A stretch of 64,000 nt of DNA from an uncultured Natronomonas sp. (GTDB taxonomy: Archaea; Halobacteriota; Halobacteria; Halobacteriales; Haloarculaceae). The stretch covers positions 391 to 64,390 of the forward strand of contig CAZATR010000001.1 in the NCBI GenBank assembly GCA_964488035.1. The letters are read 5' to 3'. The notes below the pieces were generated by a model. The model did no database searches and was not told the origin of the DNA. It saw only the letters and a program-made list of their open reading frames with translations. Every line of letters starts with the position of its first letter. The first letter of the stretch is position 1. The position numbers and the translations under genes are program-made. Positions 19,727 through 28,396 of the stretch are shown here, piece by piece.

Positions 19727-20033
19727 CAGAATTTACTAGAAGTTCGATATATTGTTCGTCGGGCCTCCCGGCGCTGGGTCCGCGAACCCGTCCCCACACG
19801 GCACCATCCGTCCGGTGACTCGACTTCGAACGGGCCTCACGCGGTCGGACCACGGACGGCAGGCGAGCCCGAGCGGTCGCCGCGGATTCGTCCCGAATCG
19901 AGGGACGGCTACTCGCGGCCGGTCATCGGTCCGAATCATACCCTTCGATGGCCGCGATGTCCGGACCGATCGACACCGTTCGACCGGTCGAGCCACCAGT
20001 ATCTTTTTGCAGGCAGCTTCGCAACGCTGCCCA

Positions 20034-21233
20034 ATGAACCTCGCAAACGACGAGTACGTACAGTTGACCGACGACCAGCGGCTCGTCCAGAAGAGCATCC
20101 GGAACCTCTGTGCTGACTTCGACGACGAGTACTGGCGAACGCACGCCAGCGAGGGCGAGTATCCCCACGAGTTCGTCGACACGCTCGCGGACCGTGGATG
20201 GCTCGGCGTGCTCGTCCCCGAGTCGTACGGCGGCGCCGGGATGTCGACCACCGAGACGGTCGTGATGATGGAGGAAATCGCCGCCGGCGGGGGCGGCTTC
20301 GCGGCAGCGCAAGCGGTACACGGTGGCGTGTACAACAGCGTCGCCCTGGTCAACTACGCGAACGAGGAACTCAAAGAACGGCTCCTGCCGGCTGTCGCCG
20401 CTGGCGAGACCTCGGTTCAGGCGTTCTGCCTGACGGAACCGAACGCCGGCTCCGATTCGACCGCCATCGAGACGCGCGCCGAGCGCCGAGGGGACGAGTA
20501 CGTCATCGACGGCCAGAAGATATGGACGTCCCGGCTGGACGTCAGCGACTATGCGGTCGTCGTCGCGCGGACCACGCCACGGGCCGACGTTGACCGCCGG
20601 ACGCAGGGCATCTCGATGTTTCTCGTGGACGTCGAGGCAGCCGTCGACGCCGGATCACTCGACTACGAACGGATCCCGAAATCCGCCAGCGAATTCGTCC
20701 ACTCGTACTCGGTGTACTTCGACGACCTCCGCGTGCCCGCGGACCACCTGCTAGGCGAGGAGGGGAACGGCTTCTACCAGGTCCTCGACGGGCTCAACGA
20801 GGAGCGGCTGGTCATCGCGGCCGAGTGTCTGGGGCTCGGCCGCCTCGCCGTCGAGCGAGGCGTCGAGTACGCGAACGAACGGGAGGTCTTCGGCCGTCGA
20901 ATCGGACGGAACCAGGCGATACAGCACCCGCTGGCGGCAGCGTACGCGCGGCTCCAGGCCGCAAAACAACTGACGTACAGCGCCGCCGGACAACATCCCG
21001 AGGCGACCGACCTCGGGGCGCTCGCGAACATGTCCAAGTACCTCGCCTCGGAGGCCTGCTTCGAAGCGGCAGACGCGGCGGTCCAGACGCACGGCGGCTT
21101 CGGCGTGGCGACCGAATATGACGTCGAGCGGTACTTCCGCGAGGCGCGTCTCACCAGACTCGTACCCATCACACAGCAGCTCGTGCTGAACTACCTCGGC
21201 GAGAAGGTGCTCGGGTTACCCCGGTCGTACTGA
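20034..21233 (+). CDS. acyl-CoA dehydrogenase family protein
   Basis: FCLTEPNAGSD, GQKIWTS, GLNEER, REVFGRRIGRNQAIQHPLA, QTHGGFG, PITQQLVLNYLGEKVLGLPRSY. Confidence 0.93.
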   Translation: MNLANDEYVQLTDDQRLVQKSIRNLCADFDDEYWRTHASEGEYPHEFVDTLADRGWLGVLVPESYGGAGMSTTETVVMMEEIAAGGGGFAAAQAVHGGVYNSVALVNYANEELKERLLPAVAAGETSVQAFCLTEPNAGSDSTAIETRAERRGDEYVIDGQKIWTSRLDVSDYAVVVARTTPRADVDRRTQGISMFLVDVEAAVDAGSLDYERIPKSASEFVHSYSVYFDDLRVPADHLLGEEGNGFYQVLDGLNEERLVIAAECLGLGRLAVERGVEYANEREVFGRRIGRNQAIQHPLAAAYARLQAAKQLTYSAAGQHPEATDLGALANMSKYLASEACFEAADAAVQTHGGFGVATEYDVERYFREARLTRLVPITQQLVLNYLGEKVLGLPRSY

Positions 21234-21234
21234 G

Positions 21235-22578
21235 ATGACCGCCCCGATAGAGGAACGTCTCGCCACCTTCGTCGCGGAGACGACGTACGGGGACGTCCCG
21301 ACGGCGGGCGTCGAGACCGCCGAACGCGCGTTCGTCGACACGGTCGGCGTCACGCTCGCGGGCGTGGCGGAACCCGCAGCCCGCATGTCGCGGACGGTGT
21401 TTTCCGGCGGCGAAGGCGAGGCCGGAATCCTCGGGACCGACCGGCGGGCCGCCGCCGACACCGCGGCGCTCGTGAACGCGACCGCCGGCCACGCCCTCGA
21501 CTACGACGACGTGGTCGGCGAGGTGTGGCACCCCAGCGTCACCCTCGTCGCCCCGACGCTCGCGGTCGGGGAGCGTGTCGCTGCATCGGGCCGGGATCTG
21601 CTGACGGCCTACGCGGTGGGGTTCGAGACGGAGCAGTACCTCGGCGACCGGATCCTCCCTGACCACTACGAGCGTGGATGGCACGCAACGTCGACGCTCG
21701 GCGTCTTCGGCGCCGCGGCCGCTGCCGCGTCCCTGCTCGACCTCGACACCACCGCGACGGAACGGGCACTGGCCGCGGCGGCGTCGATGCCCGCCGGGCT
21801 CAAGCGGAACTTCGGAACGATGGCGAAACCGCTCCACCCCGGACTCGCCGCCAGATCGGGCGTCACCGCAGCGCTACTGGCCGATGTGGGGTTCACGGCG
21901 GCCAGAGGCGCCATCGTCGACGACGGCGGCTTCCTCGACCTCTACGCCGGCCGCGCCGGCACGACGACGGCCGGGTGGGTTCCGGGCGACGCGTGGACAC
22001 TCCCCGACGGCGTCCGTGAAAAGAAGTACCCGTGCTGTTACTTCACCCACGCGGCCATCGCCGCGACGGAACGCCTCCGACGTGAGCGGGACCTCTCCCC
22101 CACCGACGTGACCTCGGTGGCGGTACGTGCCTCCCGGGCCGCCGCGGACGCGCTCCGGTACTCGACCCCGACGACGGGGCTCGAAGGGAAGTTCTCCATG
22201 GAACACGCCGTGGCGGCGGCACTCGTCAACGAACGAGTCGGGTTCGCCGCGTTCACCGACGCAGCCGTGGCCGATCCGGACACTGCGACCCTGCGGGACC
22301 GCATCCACGCCACCGTCGACTCCGACCTCCCGGCGGAGTCCTACCGCGCGACCGTCGAGATCGAGACGTCCGATGGCGTCTCGGTCAGTCGGCACGGAAC
22401 CCCGCCGGGCACCCCGGACGACCCGCTCTCGACGGCGGAACGCCGGGCGAAGTTCGAGGACTGTCTCGACCACGCGGGCGTCCCGGTGCGGGCCGACACG
22501 GCGTTCGAGGCCCTCGCATCGCTCCGCGATCTGGACGACGCGGCCCGGCTGACCGCAGACCTGACCCCCCCGGCGTGA
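21235..22578 (+). CDS. MmgE/PrpD family protein
   Basis: NATAGHALDYDD, HPS, GWH.T, NFGTMAKPLHPG, KKYPCC...H, GKFS. Starts 1 bp after the ACAD stop. Confidence 0.92.
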   Translation: MTAPIEERLATFVAETTYGDVPTAGVETAERAFVDTVGVTLAGVAEPAARMSRTVFSGGEGEAGILGTDRRAAADTAALVNATAGHALDYDDVVGEVWHPSVTLVAPTLAVGERVAASGRDLLTAYAVGFETEQYLGDRILPDHYERGWHATSTLGVFGAAAAAASLLDLDTTATERALAAAASMPAGLKRNFGTMAKPLHPGLAARSGVTAALLADVGFTAARGAIVDDGGFLDLYAGRAGTTTAGWVPGDAWTLPDGVREKKYPCCYFTHAAIAATERLRRERDLSPTDVTSVAVRASRAAADALRYSTPTTGLEGKFSMEHAVAAALVNERVGFAAFTDAAVADPDTATLRDRIHATVDSDLPAESYRATVEIETSDGVSVSRHGTPPGTPDDPLSTAERRAKFEDCLDHAGVPVRADTAFEALASLRDLDDAARLTADLTPPA

Positions 22579-22664
22579 GCATCGAGTCCCGGCGCTGCTG
22601 CGACCGGAACCGACGGATCCCTCCCCATCAGCTCGAGGTGCTGGATCGGCGACCGGCGTGTCGG

Positions 22665-23243
22665 TCACCTCCGGCCGTCCGGCTCCGCCGGTTGGGTGCC
22701 GACACCGTCCGGCCACCCAGGCGGCCGTGCGGCAGTCGGCTGGGCGTACTCGCGCTTGAGAACCATCGGTGTCCGCTGGAGCGACAGCACCAGCTCGTCG
22801 TCCTGGTTGTAGGCGCGCAGTTCCGTCGTCACGAGGCCGACGTGGTCACGGGATTCCGACTCGCGGGTGTCGAGCACCTCGCTCTCGGCGACGATGGTGT
22901 CGCCGTGGTACACGGGCGCGTGGTGACGCACCTCGTCGTAGCCGAGGTTGGCCGTCGCGTTGACGGACACGTCGACTACGCTCATCCCAACCGCGAGGGA
23001 GAAGACGAAGGTCCCGTCGACGAGCCGCTCGCCGAACTCGGTGTCGGCGGCGTACGGTTCGTTGAAGTGCATCGGGTTCGCGTTCATCGTGATGTTGGTG
23101 AACCAGACGTTGTCCGTCTCGGTCACCGTTCGCCCGTACGGGTGCTTGTAGACGTCACCAACCTCGAAGTCCTCGAAGAAGCGACCCTGCCACCCTTCCC
23201 GGAGCTGTCCCTGTCGCCGGTCATCGTCCGTATCGTCCGACAT
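22665..23243 (-). CDS. MaoC family dehydratase (mesaconyl/itaconyl-CoA hydratase-like)
   Basis: GRFFEDFEVGDVYKHPYGRTVTETDN..FT..TMN.NPMHFN, ANLG, PVYHGDT. Confidence 0.9.
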   Translation of the reverse strand: MSDDTDDDRRQGQLREGWQGRFFEDFEVGDVYKHPYGRTVTETDNVWFTNITMNANPMHFNEPYAADTEFGERLVDGTFVFSLAVGMSVVDVSVNATANLGYDEVRHHAPVYHGDTIVAESEVLDTRESESRDHVGLVTTELRAYNQDDELVLSLQRTPMVLKREYAQPTAARPPGWPDGVGTQPAEPDGRR

Positions 23244-23483
23244 ACGCTACCGTATCGCCCCGGCCGTTACATAGCGTTACCGCCGCCCTGACCCGTGTCG
23301 CCGGGAGCCGCTGTACTGACCCGTGGCGGTGTTCTCGGGCAAGGAGCGGTCGGCTGCGGACCGTCCCGGTGCCACCGGAACGCCCGAGGCATTCCGCCAC
23401 GCCCGCCGGGACCGCCCATCGACGCCACAGTCTCGACCGGGAAAGGCGAAAGATACTAGATGAGCGCCACCACACCAGTAGCC

Positions 23484-24098
23484 ATGGACGACGATTCGGC
23501 TGCCACCCAGCGTGGGCCCCGGAGCAAGGTCGCCCGCCTGCTGGAGGCGTACGACCTCGACGGACTGGGGGCGGAGATGGAGGCGCGCTGGACCGCCGAG
23601 GACGACCGGATGAGTCTCCGGGCACTGGCGGCGTACTTCAACCGGGAGGTGCTCCGCCAGCGGTTGGCGGCCGCCGGTGTCGAGACGCTGGATGGTGAAA
23701 CGGAGAACATCTACCGGCTGCTCACCCACGACGATGTCTCGACGGCCGAACGGACGCGAGTGCGTCGGCGCCTCGAACGCGAGGGCCTGGACGTCGACGC
23801 ACTGCAGGACGAGTTCGTGACCTACCAGGCGATCCGGACCTACCTCACCGAGTATCGGGACGCAGAGTACGAGCGGGACGACCGCGACCCGATCACCCGC
23901 GAGACCGAGAACCTCGAACGGCTCCGCGGCCGGGTCGAGACCGTCACGAACGGCAAGCTCGACCAACTCACCAACGGCGGGGCGCTCACCCTCGGCACCC
24001 CCCGGACGGTCGTCGACATCAAGGTCGTCTGTGAGGACTGTCACTCCCAGTACGACGTCATCGACCTCCTCGACCGGGGTGGCTGCGACTGTGCCTAA
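23484..24098 (+). CDS. rdfA: rod-determining factor RdfA family protein
   Basis: SKVARLLEAYDL, SLRALAAYFN, DEFVTYQAIRTYL, C-terminal CEDC...GGCDC; lies directly upstream of an Sph gene. Alternative start 23460. Confidence 0.82.
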   Translation: MDDDSAATQRGPRSKVARLLEAYDLDGLGAEMEARWTAEDDRMSLRALAAYFNREVLRQRLAAAGVETLDGETENIYRLLTHDDVSTAERTRVRRRLEREGLDVDALQDEFVTYQAIRTYLTEYRDAEYERDDRDPITRETENLERLRGRVETVTNGKLDQLTNGGALTLGTPRTVVDIKVVCEDCHSQYDVIDLLDRGGCDCA

Positions 24099-24158
24099 CA
24101 TGACGAACCATCGAACATATCCGTTGGATATAAGACGCGATAGGAGGTTGCATCCCGT

Positions 24159-26105
24159 ATGAGTCAGGAACAGATCACCGAGCGGGCCGAGATCGCCGTG
24201 GAGAACATAGGGGGGATCGAATCCACGGAGGTCGCGTTCTCACCCGGCGTCACGGTCTTCGAGGGGGACAACGCCACGAACCGGACGTCGCTGCTCCAGG
24301 CGATCATGGCCGCGATGGGCAGCGACGACGTTTCGCTCAAGGGCGACGCCGACGACGGGCGGGTGGAGCTTTCGATCGGTGACGAGACGTACACGCGGAC
24401 GCTGTCCCGCACCGGGACGACGGTCCACACCGAGGGTGACCCGTACCTAGACGATCCAACGCTGGCGGACCTGTTTGCGTTCCTCCTGGGGTCGAACGAG
24501 GCCCGACGGGCCGTCACGAACACCGACGATCTCCGCGAGATCATCATGCAGCCCGTCGACACGGACGCGATCCAGCGGGAGATCGAGGAGCTCATGGATC
24601 AGCGTCGGGACGTCGAGGCGGAGCTCGACGAGATCGACTCGATGAAAGACCGGCTGCCGGAGCTCGAGGAACGCCGCACCCAGCTCGAGGCGGAGATCGA
24701 GGAGATGAAAGAGGAGCTGGAGGCGACGGAGGCGGAGTTGGAGGAGCGCGACGCCGACGTCCAGGAGTCGCGTGCGGAACAGGAGGACCTGGAGGAACGG
24801 CTCGAGGCGCTGCGGGAGAAGCGCTCGGCGCTGGAGGACGTCCGGTACGATCTCGAGACCGAACGGGAGACGCTGGAGGCCACGCGGGCGGACAAGCGGG
24901 AGGCCGAGACCGAACTCGAGGACCTCCCCGAGGCCCCGGTGGGCGAGATCTCGGAGCTCGAGTCGACGCTGGAGGAGTGGCGCGAACGGAAGCGCGAACT
25001 CGAATCGGAGGTCTCGGAGGTCCAGAACGTCATCGGGTTCAACCAGGACATGCTCGCGGAGGGCGACGGGAGCATGATGGCGCCCGACGAGTCGGCCGAC
25101 ACCGACGGCGAGTTGACCGACGAGCTGTTGCCAGACGAGTCGGTCGTCTGCTGGACGTGCGGCAGCGAGGTCCCCGAAGAGCAGATCGAGTCGACGATCG
25201 AGCGCCTCCAGGAGCTCAGCGAGTCCAAACTCGGCGAGGTCTCGACGATCGAGGACGAGATTTCGGAGCTGAACGACGAGATCAGGTCGCTCCGCGAGCA
25301 GCAGTCGCGGCGCGAGGAGCTCGAACGCGGCCTCCAGGAGGCAGAACGCGACATCGAGGTCGGTGAGGAAAAGATCGAGCGGCTGACCGATCGGCGCGAG
25401 GAGCTGGAGGGCGAGATCGAGGAGCTGGAGGGCGAGATCGAGGAGCTGGAGGACGACGGCGGCTACGAGGAGATCCTCGATCTCCACAAGGAGGCCAACC
25501 AGCTGGAGTACGAGATCGGGCGGCTGGAGGGCGACCTCGAGGACGTGACCGAGGAGATCACGGAGATCGAAGAGCGGCTCGACGACGAGGACGCCCTCAA
25601 GGACCAGCGGGAGGGGATCGACGAGGAGATCGAGGACCTCCGGACGAAGATCGACCGGATCGAGGCCGAGGCCGTCGAGGCATTCAACGACCATATGGAT
25701 GCCGTCCTGGGGTTCCTCGAGTACTCGAACCTCGAGCGGATCTGGCTCGAGCGCGTCGAGCGGGAGGTCCGGGAGGGCCGTCGGAAGGTCGAAAAGAGCG
25801 TATTCGAGCTCCACATCGTGCGGCAGACCGACGGCGGCGCGACGTACGAGGATACGATCGACCATCTCAGCGAGAGCGAACGGGAGGTCACGGGCCTCAT
25901 CTTCGCGTTCGCCGGCTACCTCGCCCACGAGGTCTACGAAACGTGTCCGTTCATGCTGCTGGACTCGCTGGAAGCTATCGACGCCGACCGGATCGCCGAC
26001 CTCGTCGACCACGTCGCCGAGTACAGTCCTTATCTCGTCGTGGCGCTGCTGGAGGAGGACGCGGCTGCACTGGACGACGACTACGAGTACGTTCGAGAGA
26101 TCTGA
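24159..26105 (+). CDS. sph: archaea-specific SMC-related protein (Sph family)
   Basis: ENIGGI, degenerate Walker A GDNATNRTS, long acidic coiled coils, central CWTCGS hook, HLSESERE, LLDSLEAID. Confidence 0.88.
   Translation: MSQEQITERAEIAVENIGGIESTEVAFSPGVTVFEGDNATNRTSLLQAIMAAMGSDDVSLKGDADDGRVELSIGDETYTRTLSRTGTTVHTEGDPYLDDPTLADLFAFLLGSNEARRAVTNTDDLREIIMQPVDTDAIQREIEELMDQRRDVEAELDEIDSMKDRLPELEERRTQLEAEIEEMKEELEATEAELEERDADVQESRAEQEDLEERLEALREKRSALEDVRYDLETERETLEATRADKREAETELEDLPEAPVGEISELESTLEEWRERKRELESEVSEVQNVIGFNQDMLAEGDGSMMAPDESADTDGELTDELLPDESVVCWTCGSEVPEEQIESTIERLQELSESKLGEVSTIEDEISELNDEIRSLREQQSRREELERGLQEAERDIEVGEEKIERLTDRREELEGEIEELEGEIEELEDDGGYEEILDLHKEANQLEYEIGRLEGDLEDVTEEITEIEERLDDEDALKDQREGIDEEIEDLRTKIDRIEAEAVEAFNDHMDAVLGFLEYSNLERIWLERVEREVREGRRKVEKSVFELHIVRQTDGGATYEDTIDHLSESEREVTGLIFAFAGYLAHEVYETCPFMLLDSLEAIDADRIADLVDHVAEYSPYLVVALLEEDAAALDDDYEYVREI
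25397..25452 (+). repeat. 21-bp in-frame tandem repeat, about 2.6 copies (EELEGEI heptad)
   Basis: GAGGAGCTGGAGGGCGAGATC twice plus a partial copy. Confidence 0.85.
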
Positions 26106-26541
26106 CCGGGCTGGGTTGATAGACGGTGGGCGTCATATCCCTCGCGACCTCGATGCGAGTGTCGTCTCGCCGCATCCCATCGGGTCGAAACTATCGATTC
26201 CCGTACCTCATTCTTCACAAATATCGTATCAATCGGTCGTGCCCTGGGGGTTCTGACCGGCCCGTATTGCGGCTGTTCAACCGTTCTATCGGATGGGTTG
26301 GTTCGCGTCGGTACGTTATCGTGTCCAGTGGATGCGTCGGACCCGCGAACATACGCATTAGAACGAGTTTATTGGCTGAATCCGTGTAGAATGGTTGCTG
26401 GAAAAAGATAAAGTTTCTGGTGTAATTCCTATACGATATATGTTACTATCGGAACTGTGCCAACCGGAGTCGATATCGGTGGTGCCGGGGGTACCGCGAG
26501 GGTCACGGCCGAGGTTCGTGCCGGTCGGCCGTCTGGACCGG

Positions 26542-27570
26542 TCAGACGAGCACCGGCGGAACGGCGTAGGGGTCGACCTGGACGTCAAGCAGCGTCGGTT
26601 CGTCGCGGTCGATGGCGGCCTGGACGGCGATGTCGGCGTCGTAGTTCCGACCCAGCCACGCGCCGTCCAGGTCGACGTGGACCACGTCGGCGTCCTCGTT
26701 CATCAGCGTTCAGCCGACGGTGCTGAGGTCGCTGAACCGGGTGCCGAGCCCGACCACGAGATCGGCGGCCTCCAGGGCGTCGTTGGCGACCTGGCAGAAT
26801 CCCCAGCGGCCGGCGACACCGAGGGCGTACGGCTCGGTCTCGGGAACGGCACCCTTGCCGTTGATCGAGGTGCCACGGGCGTGTTCGTCGCGGGGGCGAA
26901 CGCGGTTAGGGCCTCGGCGGCGCCGGTGCGGACGACGCCCTCGCCGGTCAGGATGACCGGCTACTCGGCGGTTTGGAGATGCTCGAGGACGGCCGCTGCG
27001 TTGTCGGGGTTCGGCGCCGGCCGGTCGCGCGGATAGGCCAGCGACATGTCAGCGGGTGATTCGTCCTCGGGCGCCTCGTTGAAGGCGTCGCCGGGCAGTT
27101 GACGTGGGGCGGGCCTGGGGACGCCGGTGGTCATCCGGCGGATGGCCGTTGCGACGGCCTCAACGGGCCCCTGTCCGCGGACTCCGCGTCGAACGTGGCC
27201 TCGGTGTGGGGCTCGAGGATGGTCTCGTTGTCGGCGTCCTGGATGACCTCGCGGCCGCGGATGCCGAGCTCGTTGTGTCCGGTGAGCGCCAGGACGGGAC
27301 TGGAGGCGCCGGCGGCCTCGCAGAGGCCGGCGCCGATGTACGCGGCGCCGGGGCCGCCGACGCCGTCGACGACGCCGACGGTCCGGTTGGTGCGGGCGTA
27401 GCCGTCGGCCATCAGCGCCGCGCTGGCCTCGCTGCGCGCCAGGACGTACCGCAGCGAGGAGTCGTCGAGACTCGAGTAGTACGGGTCCATCTGCTCGCAG
27501 GGGACCCGAACACGGTGTCGATACCGCCCGCTTCGAACAGCGCAACGATCCGGTCAGTGGTCTCGGCCAT
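26542..27570 (-). pseudogene. thiamine-pyrophosphate-binding protein (acetolactate synthase-like) pseudogene
   Basis: MAETTDRIV..GIDTVFG, frameshift near 27505, ARSEASAALMADGYAR..GPGA, further frameshifts, TAG at 26961, NGKG, TGA near 26710, HVDLD, then a direct jump to the C-terminal PTLLDVQVDP. Confidence 0.85.
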
Positions 27571-27657
27571 GATGGTGGCATGCGTCGGGGGCGTCGGAGT
27601 ACCCGCGAGGACTCCACCCACGAAGGTGAACTTTCCGACCGACGGCCGACCTGGCTG

Positions 27658-28008
27658 TCAATCGGTCTCGGCCTCGAGGATCTCCGCGAGCCGGCTCTTG
27701 CCGAGCTCCTCGATGAGGACGGACAGCTCGAGGATCTTCTCCTCGCCGAGTTCCTCGACCAGCGCCTCGATTTCGTCGGCGGTGAAGGTGCGGGCGAGAC
27801 TCGACATCGTCTCGACGACCTCCCCGGTCCGCTCGGCGACGTCAGCCCCAGGCCCGATCGTCAAGGGCCGATTGACGAACTCACCGTCCTTGTAGTAGCA
27901 GAACCGGAGCTGGTTCTCGTCGGCGGACTCCGGCGTAACGATCTGGACGACGCCGTAGCCGTCCTCCCACTCGTCGACGGTCTGTTCCAGGAGCGTTCTG
28001 TAACGCAT
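27658..28008 (-). CDS. hypothetical protein
   Basis: Acidic 116-aa ORF (MRYRTLLEQ...LRFCYYKDGEFVNRPLTI) with strong halophile codon pattern and an AT-rich upstream region. Confidence 0.7.
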   Translation of the reverse strand: MRYRTLLEQTVDEWEDGYGVVQIVTPESADENQLRFCYYKDGEFVNRPLTIGPGADVAERTGEVVETMSSLARTFTADEIEALVEELGEEKILELSVLIEELGKSRLAEILEAETD

Positions 28009-28072
28009 ATTCTCAAGTGTATACGCTTGTGTGTATAAGTCTTTCCGATTGGTTCCATCCTGAGTAAACCGC

Positions 28073-28336
28073 TCAGTCACATGGCAAGGCGCCCGATTCC
28101 GCCCTGACCCGGCGGGCGATGCCGAAGTGGTCCATGTGTGGGTGGGTAATCAGGACCCGCTCGACGACCCCGACGTCCAGGCCCTCGGCCGCCAGGCCGT
28201 CCACGAGCGTCTCGTCGGCCCGGTCCGTGGCCGGACCCGGGTCGATCACCGTGACCTCGCCGGCGGTGAGGAGATAGCAGTTCACACGACCGACGCTGAA
28301 CGGCGTCGGCACCCGAATCCGCTCGAGTTCGTCCAT
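28073..28336 (-). pseudogene. truncated MBL-fold metallo-hydrolase (N-terminal 87 aa only)
   Basis: IRVPTPFSVGRVNCYL, IDPGP, THPHMDHFG (HxHxDH), then an abrupt stop as the sequence turns AT-rich. Confidence 0.8.
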
Positions 28337-28396
28337 GCCCTCGAGACGTGCGGCCCGCTCTTCACGGTTTCGCGCGGGGTGCCCTCGGGGACCGGA

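Noticed and set aside
25397-25452. Repeats as a possible CRISPR array
   Set aside because: Contiguous in-frame coding repeats with no spacers; no cas genes in the window.
26106-26540. AT-rich stretch as a possible IS end, origin or RNA gene
   Set aside because: No terminal inverted repeats, ORB-like G-string boxes next to a cdc6 gene, or tRNA/rRNA structure recognisable; treated as an intergenic remnant.
27131-27570. Programmed frameshifting in the ThDP-enzyme gene
   Set aside because: Multiple independent lesions and loss of the cofactor-binding domain indicate a pseudogene.
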